Below, piece by piece: positions 28,279-41,644 of a stretch of DNA of 64,000 nucleotides. Location of the stretch: NCBI GenBank assembly GCA_964016885.1, contig OZ024747.1:10540001-10604000 (forward strand), written 5' to 3'. This stretch comes from Eledone cirrhosa. Its lineage: Eukaryota. Numbering within the stretch: position 1 is the stretch's first letter; each line of letters starts with the position of its first letter. The translations under genes and the position numbers were made by a program. The notes under the pieces were generated by a model that made no database searches, had not been told where the DNA came from, and saw only the letters and a list, made by a program, of their open reading frames with translations.

Positions 28279-28790
28279 TTAACACTTCTAGTACCAACCT
28301 GGCCAAAACCGGTTCTGGTTCTATGAAATAAAACCACCCATTTTAAAGGTTTCCAATTTAAATTTAAATTTTCACATTAAGTTACAATCTTAGTAATGAA
28401 ATAATTGATAATTTTAGTAAATCCCTCGAAATTCTTCATTAACTAATTAAAATAGAGTGTATTTCATTAGAAATGCTGTCCTGAAAGGGTTAATGTATGA
28501 AATGCTGAACTATGAAAACCAATTAACAAAGCATGCTTCTTTAGCTAAATATTTAACCCTTTCAGGACTACATTTCTAATAAAATACAGTCTATTTTAAT
28601 TAGTTAATGAACAATTTTGAAGGATTTACTAAAATTATTAATTATATAATTACTAAGATAGTAACTTAATGTAAGGTTCTTATATAAGATTATGTTGGAA
28701 GATTTTAATTTAAATTGGAAACATTAAAAATGTGTTTGTTTTTATTGCACAGAACCAGAGCTGGTTTTTGCCGGGTTGGCAGCTAAAGGG
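28279..28790. mobile_element. Two TTAA-type MITE copies in opposite orientation (28279-28493 and 28553-28790)
   Basis: ttaac(a/c)ctt...aagggttaa termini; the interiors are reverse complements and match 13778-14010. Confidence 0.6.
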
Positions 28791-29215
28791 GGTGTAATAA
28801 ACTCAATTTCTCAACAAACTGTTATCAAACGAGTTTTTCAGTGGCAAAATAAAATTAGAACTACAGTTAGTATCATTTGCAATTCCAATCATTAGAATTT
28901 CTTAGTAAAGGAATTCCTTCATCATCCATTTCAGATGATTTGAAACTACATACAACTAACTGCACAGCACTTATAATAAAATATTAAACTGTTCCATAAT
29001 TGCTGAACACATCTTGTTCTTCTTACACAATAAACCACAATGTGTGTATGGAAGCAGCTGGAGAATCTAATGATTATTTTATTTTACATTAAAAAACATT
29101 ATATATGACAAAAAATACAAACACAACTCCGGGGTCACTGGCCGTTGAGATGGATTTTGTACACACACACACACATATATATCTATATATATAGTAAATA
29201 ATAGCAAAGGCTATT

Positions 29216-29252
<37 letters not shown>

Positions 29253-29284
29253 AGATCAACAGATGGTTAATAGAGTTCCATGTA

Positions 29285-29347
29285 TTTATTATGCGCATTT
29301 CAAAAACAAATATCATGAGATGACATTTACGTTTTCGTCAGATAAAA
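29285..29347 (-). ncRNA. Type I hammerhead motif in the inverted arm of family B copy 2
   Basis: ttttat-CTGACGA-aaacgtaaatgtcat...atatttgttttt-GAAA-TGCGCA-TA-ataaa. Confidence 0.8.
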
Positions 29348-29720
29348 TAGGGAGACATGATATGAAGGTTAAAAAACACTTGTGAATAGTGCAGTTTTAA
29401 ATCAACATATGAAAAGTAATTTAAGATTGATGTGTGATATTGGGGGAAAAAAAAAAAAAAATTATATATTATCTTCCAACGGCTTTTAAACCTCTCTCTG
29501 TGAAATATATTTTTCTCAGTTATAAAGGCTATCTCTCTCTTTCTATCATCCATCTCTCCTCCTATCTCATCCTTCCTTATTATACTCCTCCCCCACCATT
29601 CTTTACTCTCATCCCCCCCCCCCCCCAATATCACACATCAATCTTAAATTACTTTTCATATGTTGATTTAAAACTGCCCTATTCACAAGTGTTTTTTAAC
29701 CTTCATATCATGTCTCCCTA

Positions 29721-29787
29721 TTTTATCTGACGAAAACGCAAATGTCATCTCATGATGATATTTGTTTTTGAAATGCGCATAATAAAA
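29721..29787 (+). ncRNA. Type I hammerhead ribozyme motif
   Basis: ttttat-CTGACGA-aaacgcaaatgtcatc-tcat-gatgatatttgttttt-GAAA-TGCGCA-TA-ataaaa. Confidence 0.85.
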
Positions 29788-29922
29788 TACATGGAACTCT
29801 TTTAACCATCTTTTGATCTTATATATTATTTATACTCCAGTCCTACAAACTGTAGAGTGCTACTTATCCGATATTTGCATTGCTTTATTGTACTACAATA
29901 AAACTCACCTCCTACACATATA

Positions 29923-29974
<52 letters not shown>

Positions 29975-30079
29975 CACATGTAAAAAGGAAGTGAGATGTA
30001 CTAAATCAGAGAAATTTGTGGACTTTTTAAGTTGTTTGTAGGAGTTGTAGAGGGAGGGGAATTGCCCCCCTCAACACTA

Positions 30080-30782
30080 TCATCACCACCACCACCGTCA
30101 CCACCACCACCGTCACCACCACCACCGTCACCACCGTCACCACCACCACCACCGTCACCACCACCACCGTCACCACCACCACCACCGTCACCACCACCAC
30201 CGTCACCACCACCACCGTCACCACCGTCACCACCACCACCACCGTCACCACCACCACCGTCACCACCACCACCGTCACCACCACCACCACCGTCACCACC
30301 ACCACCGTCACCACCACCACCGTCACCACCACCACCGTCACCACCACCACCACCACCACCACCGTCACCACCACCACCGTCACCACCACCACCACCGTCA
30401 CCACCACCACCACCACCGTCACCACCACCGTCACCACCACCACCGTCACCACCACCACCGTCACCACCACCGTCACCACCACCACCACCACCACCACCGT
30501 CACCACCACCACCACCGTCACCACCACCACCGTCACCACCACCACCGTCACCACCGTCACCACCACCACCACCGTCACCACCACCACCGTCACCACCACC
30601 ACCACCGTCACCACCACCACCGTCACCACCACCACCACCACCACCACCGTCACCACCACCACCACCGTCACCACCACCACCACCACCGTCACCACCACCA
30701 CCACCGTCACCACCACCACCGTCACCACCACCACCACCGTCACCACCACCACCGTCACCACCACCACCACCACCACCACCAT
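30080..30782. repeat. (CAC)n array with CGT interruptions
   Basis: Pure triplet repeat; it produces the poly-Pro, poly-Gly and poly-Val ORFs. Confidence 0.95.
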
Positions 30783-31232
30783 TATTGAAGCATGTTGGTA
30801 ACACGGAAGCTGTCAACAATATTAGTAAGAACATAAGAGAGAAAGAAATGCCTGGTTGGGTGGTTGGAGAAGGAGGTATACCTAAGGAAAGCAGATTGTG
30901 AGTTGATGGACCCTGTAAACCCCTGGTAGAGTCAGTCAGTCATTGAGGAGCTGTCATGACATTCTAGGACATTTCTTTAACCTGGTGCAGCCCTCTGCAG
31001 GTATGAACACAACCGATTCCTTTCAGAGAAGGTGAGAGTGATAGAGAGGAAATGAGAAAGAGATATAGAGGAAGAATCGACCCCAATACAGAACTGGTAC
31101 TTTTTTTATCGACCTTAGACGAGTAAGTGCGTCCGTGTGCACGTTCGATTCGTGGTGGGCCTCGTGGACAAGATATCAGAACAGCGACGGTACAAAGTAC
31201 GACAGACCTATCCAACCCATATTAATACGCCA

Positions 31233-31301
<69 letters not shown>

Positions 31302-31308
<7 letters not shown>

Positions 31309-31609
31309 TGTAATAAACAACATAAGGCAATTATTTCATTTACAAGTGGTTTCTTAAAAGCAAAAAAATGTTGCTTTCAATCATCAGAATGAAAAAATCC
31401 TGGCGTATTTATTGACTTTGGATTTTAAAATCCAAAGTCAATAAATACGCCAGGATTTTTTCATTCTGATGATTGAAAGCAACATTTTTTTGCTTTTAAG
31501 AAACCACTTGTAAATGAAATAATTGCCTTATGTTGTTTATTACATAACTATTAAGCTCTGTTACCTACATAGAGCACTCTTTTTTCCTGGACTTTTCCGA
31601 CGGAATTAC

Positions 31610-31612
<3 letters not shown>
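31302..31612 (+). mobile_element. Spacer-less 250-bp palindrome (31302-31551) plus 3' tail between (TA)n tracts
   Basis: Axis at tttt|aaaa (31426/31427); contains CTGATGA-tt-GAAA; tail carries a tagagcact motif. Confidence 0.8.
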
Positions 31613-31655
<43 letters not shown>

Positions 31656-32076
31656 TCAGTAACTTTACACACTCACTCACATATTGCTACAATAAGCTCA
31701 CTTCTCAATCATAAAGTCCTTTCAACATATACTGTATGCTAAACATTTATTACTCTATTAGATGTTCCAGCCGTCAGACGGAGGCCATGCTGGGGCACCG
31801 GCATTAAGTTATTAAATCCTAGAAATAAATTATCAAAATATCTTTAATTACTTCCATGAGTTCAATAAACAATAATAATTAAAAAATCAACATAAACTAT
31901 AGAATTTCTCTTGGGTAAACTATTTGTCAAAACGCAAATTTCCCAGTTCAATGTTATATATATATATATATATATAATATATATATAATATTTTTTACTG
32001 CCAAATCAACCTCCCAAATGCAAGGTGATTGAAAGGTATGTCGTATCTATTTATTTATAAGACTGTTTATATTGTA

Positions 32077-32138
32077 TTTTGTCTGAAGAAGGCATAACAT
32101 ATTGTTAATATGATATCCCTGAAATATATATAACGAAA
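32077..32138 (+). ncRNA. Type I hammerhead ribozyme motif (family D)
   Basis: ttttgt-CTGAAGA-aggcataacatatt-gtt-aatatgatatccct-GAAA-TATATA-TA-acgaaa; compensatory G-C in stem I where other copies have A-U. Confidence 0.85.
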
Positions 32139-32271
32139 TAAATATGGTTTTATAAATATAGTTTCCATTTATTTAATATCATAAATATACTCCAAATACT
32201 TGTTGAGTGCTTTTATATCAGTTATAAATATTTACTCGTTGTTAACCCAACAATTTAAATATAACTTTCCC

Positions 32272-32331
<60 letters not shown>

Positions 32332-32394
32332 GTTATAATTATCCTGGTATATAGAGTGAGTGAAAGCAGGGTCGGGTTTAGTTGGGGGGGGGGG

Positions 32395-32557
32395 GGACCA
32401 TAACGCACCAGAGTACTCAATACTTTGGGTAGTAGAGTGGGTAATAGGAAATTGTTCAAGATCCCGACGGCAGAGCTCAAGCCGTTTCGACTATTTTAGT
32501 CCAGAAATAGCCGTCGAAACGGCTTGAGCTCTGCCGTCGGGGACTTGAACAATTTCC

Positions 32558-32560
<3 letters not shown>
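32395..32560 (-). mobile_element. Fold-back element family A, copy 4
   Basis: ataggaaattgttcaag...cttgaacaatttcctat arms around GAAA-CGGC..GCCG-TC. Confidence 0.75.
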
Positions 32561-32588
<28 letters not shown>

Positions 32589-32629
32589 ATAATAAAAAAT
32601 GAGGAATACTTTCATAACCAAAGTATATA

Positions 32630-32688
32630 TTTTATTATATATATTTCAAGGGTACAGTGATTTTTTAGTACGCTTTCATCAGATAAAA
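32630..32688 (-). ncRNA. Type I hammerhead ribozyme motif (family D)
   Basis: ttttat-CTGATGA-aagcgtac..gtaccctt-GAAA-TATATA-TA-ataaaa. Confidence 0.85.
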
Positions 32689-32742
32689 CATAAGTGATTG
32701 GTTATTCGACATACCCCCATATAAACTTTTGGTTATATATAC

Positions 32743-32780
<38 letters not shown>

Positions 32781-32784
32781 TGTA

Positions 32785-32946
32785 AATGTGGTTGGTGTTA
32801 GGAAGGGCATCCAGCTGTAGAAAACCCGCCAGACAGTCCTATGCGAGCAAGACAACCACTCTTGCCTCAAGTGGGAAAATTCCCGTCCAAACCCATGCAA
32901 GCGTGGAACATGGACGTTAAACGACGATGATGATGATGATGATGAT
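32785..32946 (+). mobile_element. RTE-tail SINE
   Basis: gtggttggtgttaggaagggcatccagctgtagaaa...ggacgttaaacga(tga)n. Confidence 0.75.
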
Positions 32947-33783
32947 ATATATCATGGTTTAATAGAGTAAGAATTTAACAATTTCAAAAATCTGTAACAT
33001 AATGGTCTTCTTTATTGTTTATTTATATTTATTTACTGTAAAATAATGATTTCATTTATTAGCCAAAAGGGCCGACATGTAGGGGACAATACAAAGACAG
33101 GGACAGTGGGGAAAGGGTTTACAATAAGATTGAGTAAATATGCACAATAACAAAACCAATTCGACAATGAAAAAATATTAAAATAAACTATGTATTTACT
33201 GTAACATAATGAAACTAGTTAGTATTACCCTTTAAACAGCCTTAACTATGAAACTCTCAGGAGAGATGGACAGCAGAAGGTCTTCAGAAAGGAATCTCCA
33301 CCCAACCACCAAGCGAGGGTTTCGGTCCTTAACTTCAATCTTTAATCACAATAAAATAAAACAAGGTTTCGAAGATCAATGAATTTCTGCATAAAAACTA
33401 AGAACATTTACACGGGGGGTCCTGCTAGTATACATAATATTGTAAACTATAAATATACACAAGCACACGTGTGTACATATTAATAGCTATATTTCTAGGT
33501 GATTATACGAACAAGTACATATAAACATACAATGTTTAGCTTAATGGCTTCTAATTGTTGGTACGGGGCCAACAATTTTGTGAGGGGAAGGAGAAGGTCG
33601 ATTCTACCGACTCTAGTACTTTAATGGTACTTGGTTTTATTGTCGATTCCGGGAGGATGAAAGATAAAGTTGACCTCGATGAGATATGAAATCACAAAAC
33701 CTCAAGTGTCATTAATTAAATTACCGTAAAGTATTTAGTCCGGCGCTCTAACTATTCTGCTAATTCACCACCCTATGTTTAAC

Positions 33784-33988
33784 TACGAGGCTGGGCTGAA
33801 AAGTTCGTAAGCTAACTATGAAGGAGTGGTGCTAGAGCTGTGAAATCTTGCATGCATTAATGTCAACTCTTCTTATTAATAACTGCATTGTTTCTTTCCA
33901 GTGACTATGTTGAAAAATAAACATTTTGGTCATTCCATGAGAGTATGTATCTTGGTCAGACTATGAACTTTTCAGCCTACCCCCATCG
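33784..33988. mobile_element. Mariner-type MITE
   Basis: TA-cgaggctgggctgaaaagttc ... gaacttttcagcctacc inverted termini. Confidence 0.7.
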
Positions 33989-34003
33989 CTCTCATATATG
34001 AGT

Positions 34004-34085
<82 letters not shown>

Positions 34086-34204
34086 GTTATATTTAATTTG
34101 TTGGGATACAACAATCTACGAGATTCCAACCAGAATGGTTGCATTTTTTAAGGGTATGTCAATATTTATTTATTTATTTATTTATAAAACTAACCTATAT
34201 TATA

Positions 34205-34266
34205 TTTTATCTGATGAAAGCGCACCATAGTTTGCTCTGGTGGCCCTTGAAATATGTATAATGAAA
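34205..34266 (+). ncRNA. Type I hammerhead ribozyme motif (family D)
   Basis: ttttat-CTGATGA-aagcgcacca..tggtggccctt-GAAA-TATGTA-TA-atgaaa. Confidence 0.8.
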
Positions 34267-34299
34267 TAAATATGGTTTTATAAATATAGTTTCCATTTG

Positions 34300-34347
<48 letters not shown>

Positions 34348-34351
34348 TATA

Positions 34352-34531
34352 AACAGGAGAGTCGGTTGAAAAGTTCATAGGCTAATTACGAAGGAGTTAT
34401 GCTAGAGCTGTGAAGTCTTGCATGCATTAATTTCATTGTTTGGGTTTTTTTTTTTTAGGAAATAAACCGTCATTTGGTCATTCCATGAGAGTATCTTGGT
34501 CACCCTACAAACTTTTCAAGCGACCCTCGTA
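34352..34531. mobile_element. Mariner-type MITE, second copy
   Basis: gtcggttgaaaagtt ... aacttttcaagcgaccctcgTA. Confidence 0.65.
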
Positions 34532-35059
34532 AATAGTTTTTGAACTTTTTTTTTTATTATTTGCGTCGCACTTTACAACTAGAAATATTTTGCCGCACTT
34601 TTGTATTTAAAAAAATATTATTTTCTAGTTTTAACTCATATTTATAAATAATTTAAACAAGAATTTCAATGGGTTTTTCTTTTCCATATCTATAACAATA
34701 CGATTTATTTCTGCGGCGCATCTGACACCTCACCAAAGTGCCGCGGTGAACATCTACAAACATACAATAGTTAGAACTAGAAATATACACCAACATATAT
34801 TTGTGCGTATAGTTAACTACTTAAATACACAATCAGGCGCGTGTGTATTTAAATATCTAATTATATAAACCAGATATATACACACACGCGTACATAGTAG
34901 TTCCGTTAAGAAGTCGGCTAATTTTAATTGTCTAGTATATATTTGGATGTAGAAATGTACGTGTATATAATTATACACACAACTCGCAAAGTGTTGCTTT
35001 CTCCTATAGCAACATAAAGCGTGCTTATATTGAAAGTATATATAGAGTATAATTGTACA

Positions 35060-35092
<33 letters not shown>

Positions 35093-35302
35093 TTGTGTGT
35101 GTGTATATATATATATTTGTGCGTGTGTGTGTGTGTGTATATATATATATATTTGTGTGTGTGTGTACATATATATATATGTATATTTATATGTGTGCGT
35201 GTGTGTATATATTAAAATAGTTGGTCACACAATGTGGGAAACACGATAACTAACACACACACACACACATATATATATATTTAAAAGCTTCGACAGGACT
35301 AG

Positions 35303-35355
35303 AAGCTTCCTGATGATTTCTCACAGATGAAACAGTTCTAGTCCTGTAGAAGCTT
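35303..35355 (+). ncRNA. Type I hammerhead ribozyme motif with closed stem III (family E), inside a small fold-back
   Basis: aagcttc-CTGATGA-tttctcacagat-GAAA-CAG-ttctagtc-CTG-TA-gaagctt; 7-bp stem I and GUA cleavage triplet; short inverted arm at 35283-35304; tail runs to (TA)n at about 35438. Confidence 0.8.
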
Positions 35356-35513
35356 TTCTATATTAAACATTTATACGCTGCTATGTATTGAGTACCTTAC
35401 TTACTGTGGTTACCTCCGATTCAACCCGGAATAACTTATATATATATATATTAAGTTGGCGATGCTGCTCCAGTATGACCAGTCATTGCGCGCAACCAAC
35501 ACACACATACTCA

Positions 35514-35570
<57 letters not shown>

Positions 35571-35664
35571 GCTAACTTCAATGGTCTCACAGAGGCCGAG
35601 TTAAAAGAGAGGAAGAACACATGGACATTGTAAGGGGGGGGGGCTAAGTTGAAAGAGGTGGTGC

Positions 35665-36316
35665 GAGATAGATAGAGATGAGAGAGAAATAGATAGATAG
35701 AGAGATAAGAGAGAAGTAGATAGTGAGGTGATAGAGAGATTGGTTAGAAATAGATAGAGATGAGAGAGAGATGAGTGAAAGATAGATAGATGAGTGAAGA
35801 GAGATAGAGAGATTGGTTAGAAATAGATAGGGATGAGTGAAAGATAGAGAGATTGGTTAGAAATAGATAGAGATGAGTGAAAGATAGAGAGATGAGTGAG
35901 GGATAGATAGATGAGTGAAGAGAAATAGAGAGATTGGTTAGAAATAGATAGAGATGAGTGAGGGATAGATAGATGAGTGAAGAGAGATAGAGAGATTGGT
36001 TAGAAATAGATAGAGATGAGTGAAGAGAGATAGAGAGATGAGTGAAGAGAGATAGAGAGATGAGTGAAGAGAGATGAGTGAAGAGAGATAGAGAGATGAG
36101 TGAAGAGAGATAGAGAGATGAGTGAAGAGAGATAGAGAGATGAGTGAAGAGAGATAGAGAGATGAGTGAAGAGGGATAGATAGTTAGATAAGTGAGGGAT
36201 GACAGAGAGATGAGTGAGAGAGAGAGATGAGTGAGAGAGATAGAGAGATGAGTGAGAGAGATGAGTGAGAGAGAAATAGAGAGAGATAGAGAGATGAGTG
36301 AGAGAGAGATAGAGAG
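35665..36316. repeat. GA-rich compound repeat (gagatgagtgaagagagata)
   Basis: Purine-rich tandem variants. Confidence 0.9.
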
Positions 36317-36416
36317 AATGCAGGGTTAGAGAAAGGAGGAGAACCACCACACATCTGCAAAAACTCTTTCCAACTGTCACACAGACTGACTGACGGCGTG
36401 GTGGCGTTACGGGTGG

Positions 36417-36882
36417 CTACACACATATATATACGTACACAGGGTGCACATAAACATATATATGTGTATGTATAATACATACACACACACACACACTTAT
36501 ATATATATATACGTACACAGGGTGCACATAAACATATATGTGTGTATGTATAATATATATACACACACACACATATATATATATACGTACACATAAACAT
36601 ATATATGTGTATGTATAATACATACACACACACACATATATATATACGTACACAGGGTACACATAAACATATATATATGTGTATGTATAATACATACACA
36701 CACACACATATATATATATATATACGTACACAGGGTACACATAAACATATATGTGTATGTATAATACATACACACACACACATATATATATATACGTACA
36801 CAGGGTGCACATAAACATATGTGTGTGTATGTATAATACATACACACACACATATATATATACGTACATAGGGTACACATAA

Positions 36883-36920
<38 letters not shown>
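36417..36920. repeat. ~70-bp compound TA/CA tandem repeat
   Basis: Recurrent tacgtacacagggtgcacataaacata...tgtataatacata. Confidence 0.85.
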
Positions 36921-36924
<4 letters not shown>

Positions 36925-37036
36925 CACACATATGTGTATTAATTTAGTTGATCATATCTGCGGCAGTACTTATTTTTCAGGTATGATACATATTTTATCG
37001 ATCTCTGTTTTGTCGGACCGCTAGTTTACGGGACAT

Positions 37037-37107
<71 letters not shown>

Positions 37108-39779
37108 TGTATATCATTATTAAGGCTTGTTACTACAACGGCGCCATACTAGTTACGTACGTTTCGTTGGCTGGGAAGACCAACTTGTTCAACGTGTTAG
37201 ATGAAAATGAACTGGAAATATATAAATATGTTCTTGTCTGATGACCACGTGATAAACAGTGAGTGTTAGACACACATATGAATGAAGTGCGAGTGTTATA
37301 TATAGAAACATGTAGTGAATGAGATGGAGTGTGAGTGTTATATATAGACACATGTGGTGAATGAGATGAATGAACGGCTCCCGTTTAACCACAGGTCAAC
37401 CACAAATAAGAAGGCCGTTGATCAAAGACATTCCAAACATGATCATATTACCGTTTTTTCACATTATGTATCAGATGTGTCTTACAAGTTGAAAGATTTG
37501 GTGCAATTTGAGGGAGATTTGACTATTAAATTCAAGATGATCATATGTGGAATATCTCTGATGAAAGGTTATAGTGATCCTGTATGGTGGCCTGGGGTTA
37601 AACAATAGCAACCACGAAGGAGCTCTATGTTGGCAAGATAGAGCCAGCCAAGAATTACAGAGAAGGGAATGGAAATACTACAATATTATTGCCACTACAC
37701 GACATGTGTGTAGTGGAATACAGCTATTTCCCAGTCACAAGCATAACACCACACCACCATATCAACTAGTGACCACACAACACCACCATAACAGCCAATC
37801 ACACCACTACAACAACCATAACAAATAGTCACAACACCACCATAACTAGTGACCACATCATTATATCACAACAACTCCACTACCATGCCACCACACTACT
37901 GTACTACCACAAGCAATGCCACAGTGACATTTTATCTGACACTACCAAATCTGCGAATCCACCACCATTTTTACCAACATAATGAGTGATTCCTCTCCAT
38001 GATCAAGTACCCCTTGCCGTCTTAAAGGAAGCACACGGAATAATGTAGGCCTAAGTTCGCTGTGATCACGGCTAAAAAAATCTAAAGTCTGTCTCAAGCT
38101 CGGAGGCACATCAGGCCGGTTTCTGTGACATGAAGGGACAGCATACCAGCTCTCCTTTGGATAGGATGCCAGTCCATTGCAAGGTTAAACTCCCAGCTAC
38201 TGCTTATTTTCAGTTGAATATATTGAAGCAATGTGAAATGAAATGTTTTACTCAAGAGCACAACACACAACCCAGTCCAGAAATCGAACCCACGACATTA
38301 TGATCGTAAGTCCGACACCCTTACTACTAGGCCACGCGCCTCCACGGCCGGAATGACCTGGGGTCATTAGCATTATTGTTACTAGCATTATTGTCATCAC
38401 TAGTGACCACACACCAGTAATAAATACCACAACCTCCGGGACTAAATACAACATTACCAATAGAAGTCACCACTAGCACCACACCAATAATTCCACGGCC
38501 AATATTTCCTCAATCTCTGACCATACCATTAATTCCATCACCAATGACCACCGCAGCAATGACCCTTCACTGACCACACCATTAATTCTACAGCTAGTGA
38601 CCACTACACCAATATTTCCTCAACCAGTGACCACAGCAATAATTCCACCACAGCAATTCCCTGACCCTTACCATTGACCACGCTAATATTTTCTCAACCA
38701 ATGGCCACCACACCATTAATTCCACAACCAAAGCAATCCCCCTAACTTCACTAGTGACCACCACACCATTAATTCCACAACCTCTATAGATACAAGTCAC
38801 CGCTAAGCTAACATTAGATGATTCCTCCATTAAACCCACCTCCACAATTAGAACGATATTATTAATACAACCTCCACAGCTAACACTAACCTCATACCAG
38901 TAATATCCACGAGGCGACTAATAACAGCTCTACCAGAGATAACACCACTAGCACTTATTAACAAGCCCCTATTCTTACGAGCCAACTGGATATCTACACG
39001 GTCGCTCGATCTACTAGAATTAATAGTCAAAGCTCCTTTGAATCTCTAAATAGATAACATAGTCTCTTGGATACATTAAATCTAAATAAACGGCGGGATG
39101 GTCACGGCTGGAGTGCTTTTCATCATACGTTTAGTTAATCAGGGTCGACCTGGAGTTAAACAATAACATCTACATGACGATCACCAACAAACTGTATGAG
39201 TATGTATATGTATGCATGTGTATACATGTATGTATGTATGTATACATGTACATATGTATGAATGTGTGTATATGTATCAAGCTGCTTTCACAGTGTCATT
39301 GACAACATGGGACTACGGAATGACCACCTCAAAAGATTTATTTAAAAGCTGGCACCACAAAACCAAACATATCCCCAGGAATGGAACATTTCGTTCGGAA
39401 AAGGAAAAAGAATTAAATATACAACAAACGACTTATGAAGACAACAACAACCAACAACAATAATAATAATAGTTGATGGCGATTGCTTATGTAGATTCAA
39501 GACCCAACTATTTGAGTGAGGGAGGGGAGACAGCTCATTAAAACTACCACACTGTATTACTGGTACTTTCTTTATCGATCACAGAAATAAAATAACAAAA
39601 TGAAAGGCTAAGTCAATCTGGGCGGGATTTGAATAATAATAATAATAATAGTGATGATTTCTTAAGATAGGCACAAGGCCAACATTTGAGGGGAAGGATA
39701 GAGATGATGAAATATATCCTAGTATATAACTGGTATTCTAATTGATCGACCATAGAAATGGTGCGAGGTAAAATCGGAC

Positions 39780-39815
<36 letters not shown>

Positions 39816-40019
39816 CGTTTCTTTTAATGATAAATAACTAATATAAGCACAAAACCAGATATTTTTTGTGGGAGGGGTGAGGTCGTTGAGTATCTGACTG
39901 GTAAATTATTTTATCGACCTACAATCCCTACACACACGCCCCCCAAGGATGGAATGTAAAATGAACACTGGTGGGATTTGAACTCGAAACAATAATAATA
40001 ACATTAGCAAACGTCTTAC

Positions 40020-40265
40020 CTTTTTTCTTTTTTTTAGCCAAAACCACGAGAGTAAATACATCTGGGTTATTGCTGCTTAGAATTTATAGCTTTTTGTTAG
40101 ATTTTGTGACACTGTATTTCGGGGTTTCTTCAATTTTCTTCTCCCCCACAAATAATGGTATCCTTTATAGCGGAGCGGGGTGCCCCCGAAACAAAAAAAT
40201 AAAATAATCCCACTTAGAGCGAGGATCGACCATCTACATCTGGCGCGACGAGGAGAAACAAAATA
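40020..40265 (-). other. Putative non-coding first exon of a minus-strand gene
   Basis: Unique CpG-containing sequence just downstream (minus sense) of promoter motifs, ending at a strong donor AAG|GTAAGA (GT at 40019-40018). Confidence 0.45.
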
Positions 40266-40267
40266 GA

Positions 40268-40335
40268 CGACTGCGCATGCGCGCAGTCCATCTGCTTATA
40301 ATCCTACTGTAACTTCCGGTTGATTATCTCCCTTA
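40268..40335. promoter_or_regulatory. Housekeeping-type promoter motifs (NRF1-like and ETS-like)
   Basis: TGCGCATGCGC at 40272-40282 and ACTTCCGGT at 40312-40320 in a CpG-enriched patch. Confidence 0.5.
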
Positions 40336-40848
40336 GCAGTTGAAAGCTAAATACATATATATACACAGATATATGCAAACATGCACACATGCGATTAACT
40401 CCCTTACTAGTTGAAAGCTAAATACATATATACGCAGATATATGTAAACATACACACATATATATAAGATATATGTAAACATACACATAAGATATATGTA
40501 AACATGCACACATACGCATAAGATTGTCAGTCTATCTTATCTTTTCTATATTTATTTATATGTATATTTCTAAAACATCCATCTCTCTACACACATATAT
40601 ATATATGTTCGTGTTTATTATATTATATTGTGTATTTGAGAGGAATCGTTTTTACTGACAAAAGCATCAATATCACAAACTACTAATAAATATAAATAAA
40701 TATGGAATTATGTAAACACATACATAGAGAGAGGTAAATAGATAGATAGACAAATAGAATACATAGATATAGATAGAATAGATGCGTGTGTATTGTGCAT
40801 TTGACTACACTTTCCAACAAATCTGATACGCACATGACACACAGACAG

Positions 40849-40886
<38 letters not shown>

Positions 40887-41018
40887 CCATACTTATGTAT
40901 ATATAGTTTTATATGCATATGCGCACTAGATGCGTTGTACGTTGAATATATGTCGTGACCCTCTTTCTTCCAACCCATCAGCCCATTATTCCCCTATATA
41001 TGCTGCCACTTGTGTACA

Positions 41019-41079
<61 letters not shown>

Positions 41080-41579
41080 ATCATCTACATGATATATATA
41101 TATATATGATACACTACTACATTCAATCTTGCAGAAAAACCCATCTTGCGCTACATTAAATTACCACTTGGTTCTGTTATAATAATAATAATAAAAATAA
41201 TATCCATCATAGTAGTTTTGGTTTCAGTGATGGGTTTCGTTGTTGTTTAGCCTTAAATAAAACAAGCTTATGACATTCCAGACGTGACGATCTCATCTGC
41301 TTCTTTTTTTTATTTATTTATTTATTTATTTAGAGGATTACATTATCCAATGTATCCTTCCTCTTACAACTGTAGCGTAAGGGAAATTTGACTTCTGTTT
41401 CTAGCAAGTCCAGTTAGATGGTGCGTAAGCCCCTCCCCTCCCTCCCACCGCGTTGTCTTTTTAAAGGATGAGGTTGACAAGCGTGGGCGAACCTTTAATT
41501 GGTTTTATTCATCATTTACAACTAATCAGATTGCATTCCACATACGACACGCACACACACACAAACGCGCTCGCACGCG

Positions 41580-41642
<63 letters not shown>

Positions 41643-41644
41643 CA

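Larger units (their letters stand above)
29247..29917 (+). mobile_element. Fold-back element family B, copy 2, in (TA)n
   Basis: ~200-bp inverted arms (29247-29445 and 29623-29824), an unrelated spacer, and the same 3' tail as the 22911 copy. Confidence 0.85.

Noticed and set aside
30001-30901. Extensin-like SPPPP and poly-Gly ORFs
   Set aside because: A pure (CAC)n array; the open frames follow from the repeat.
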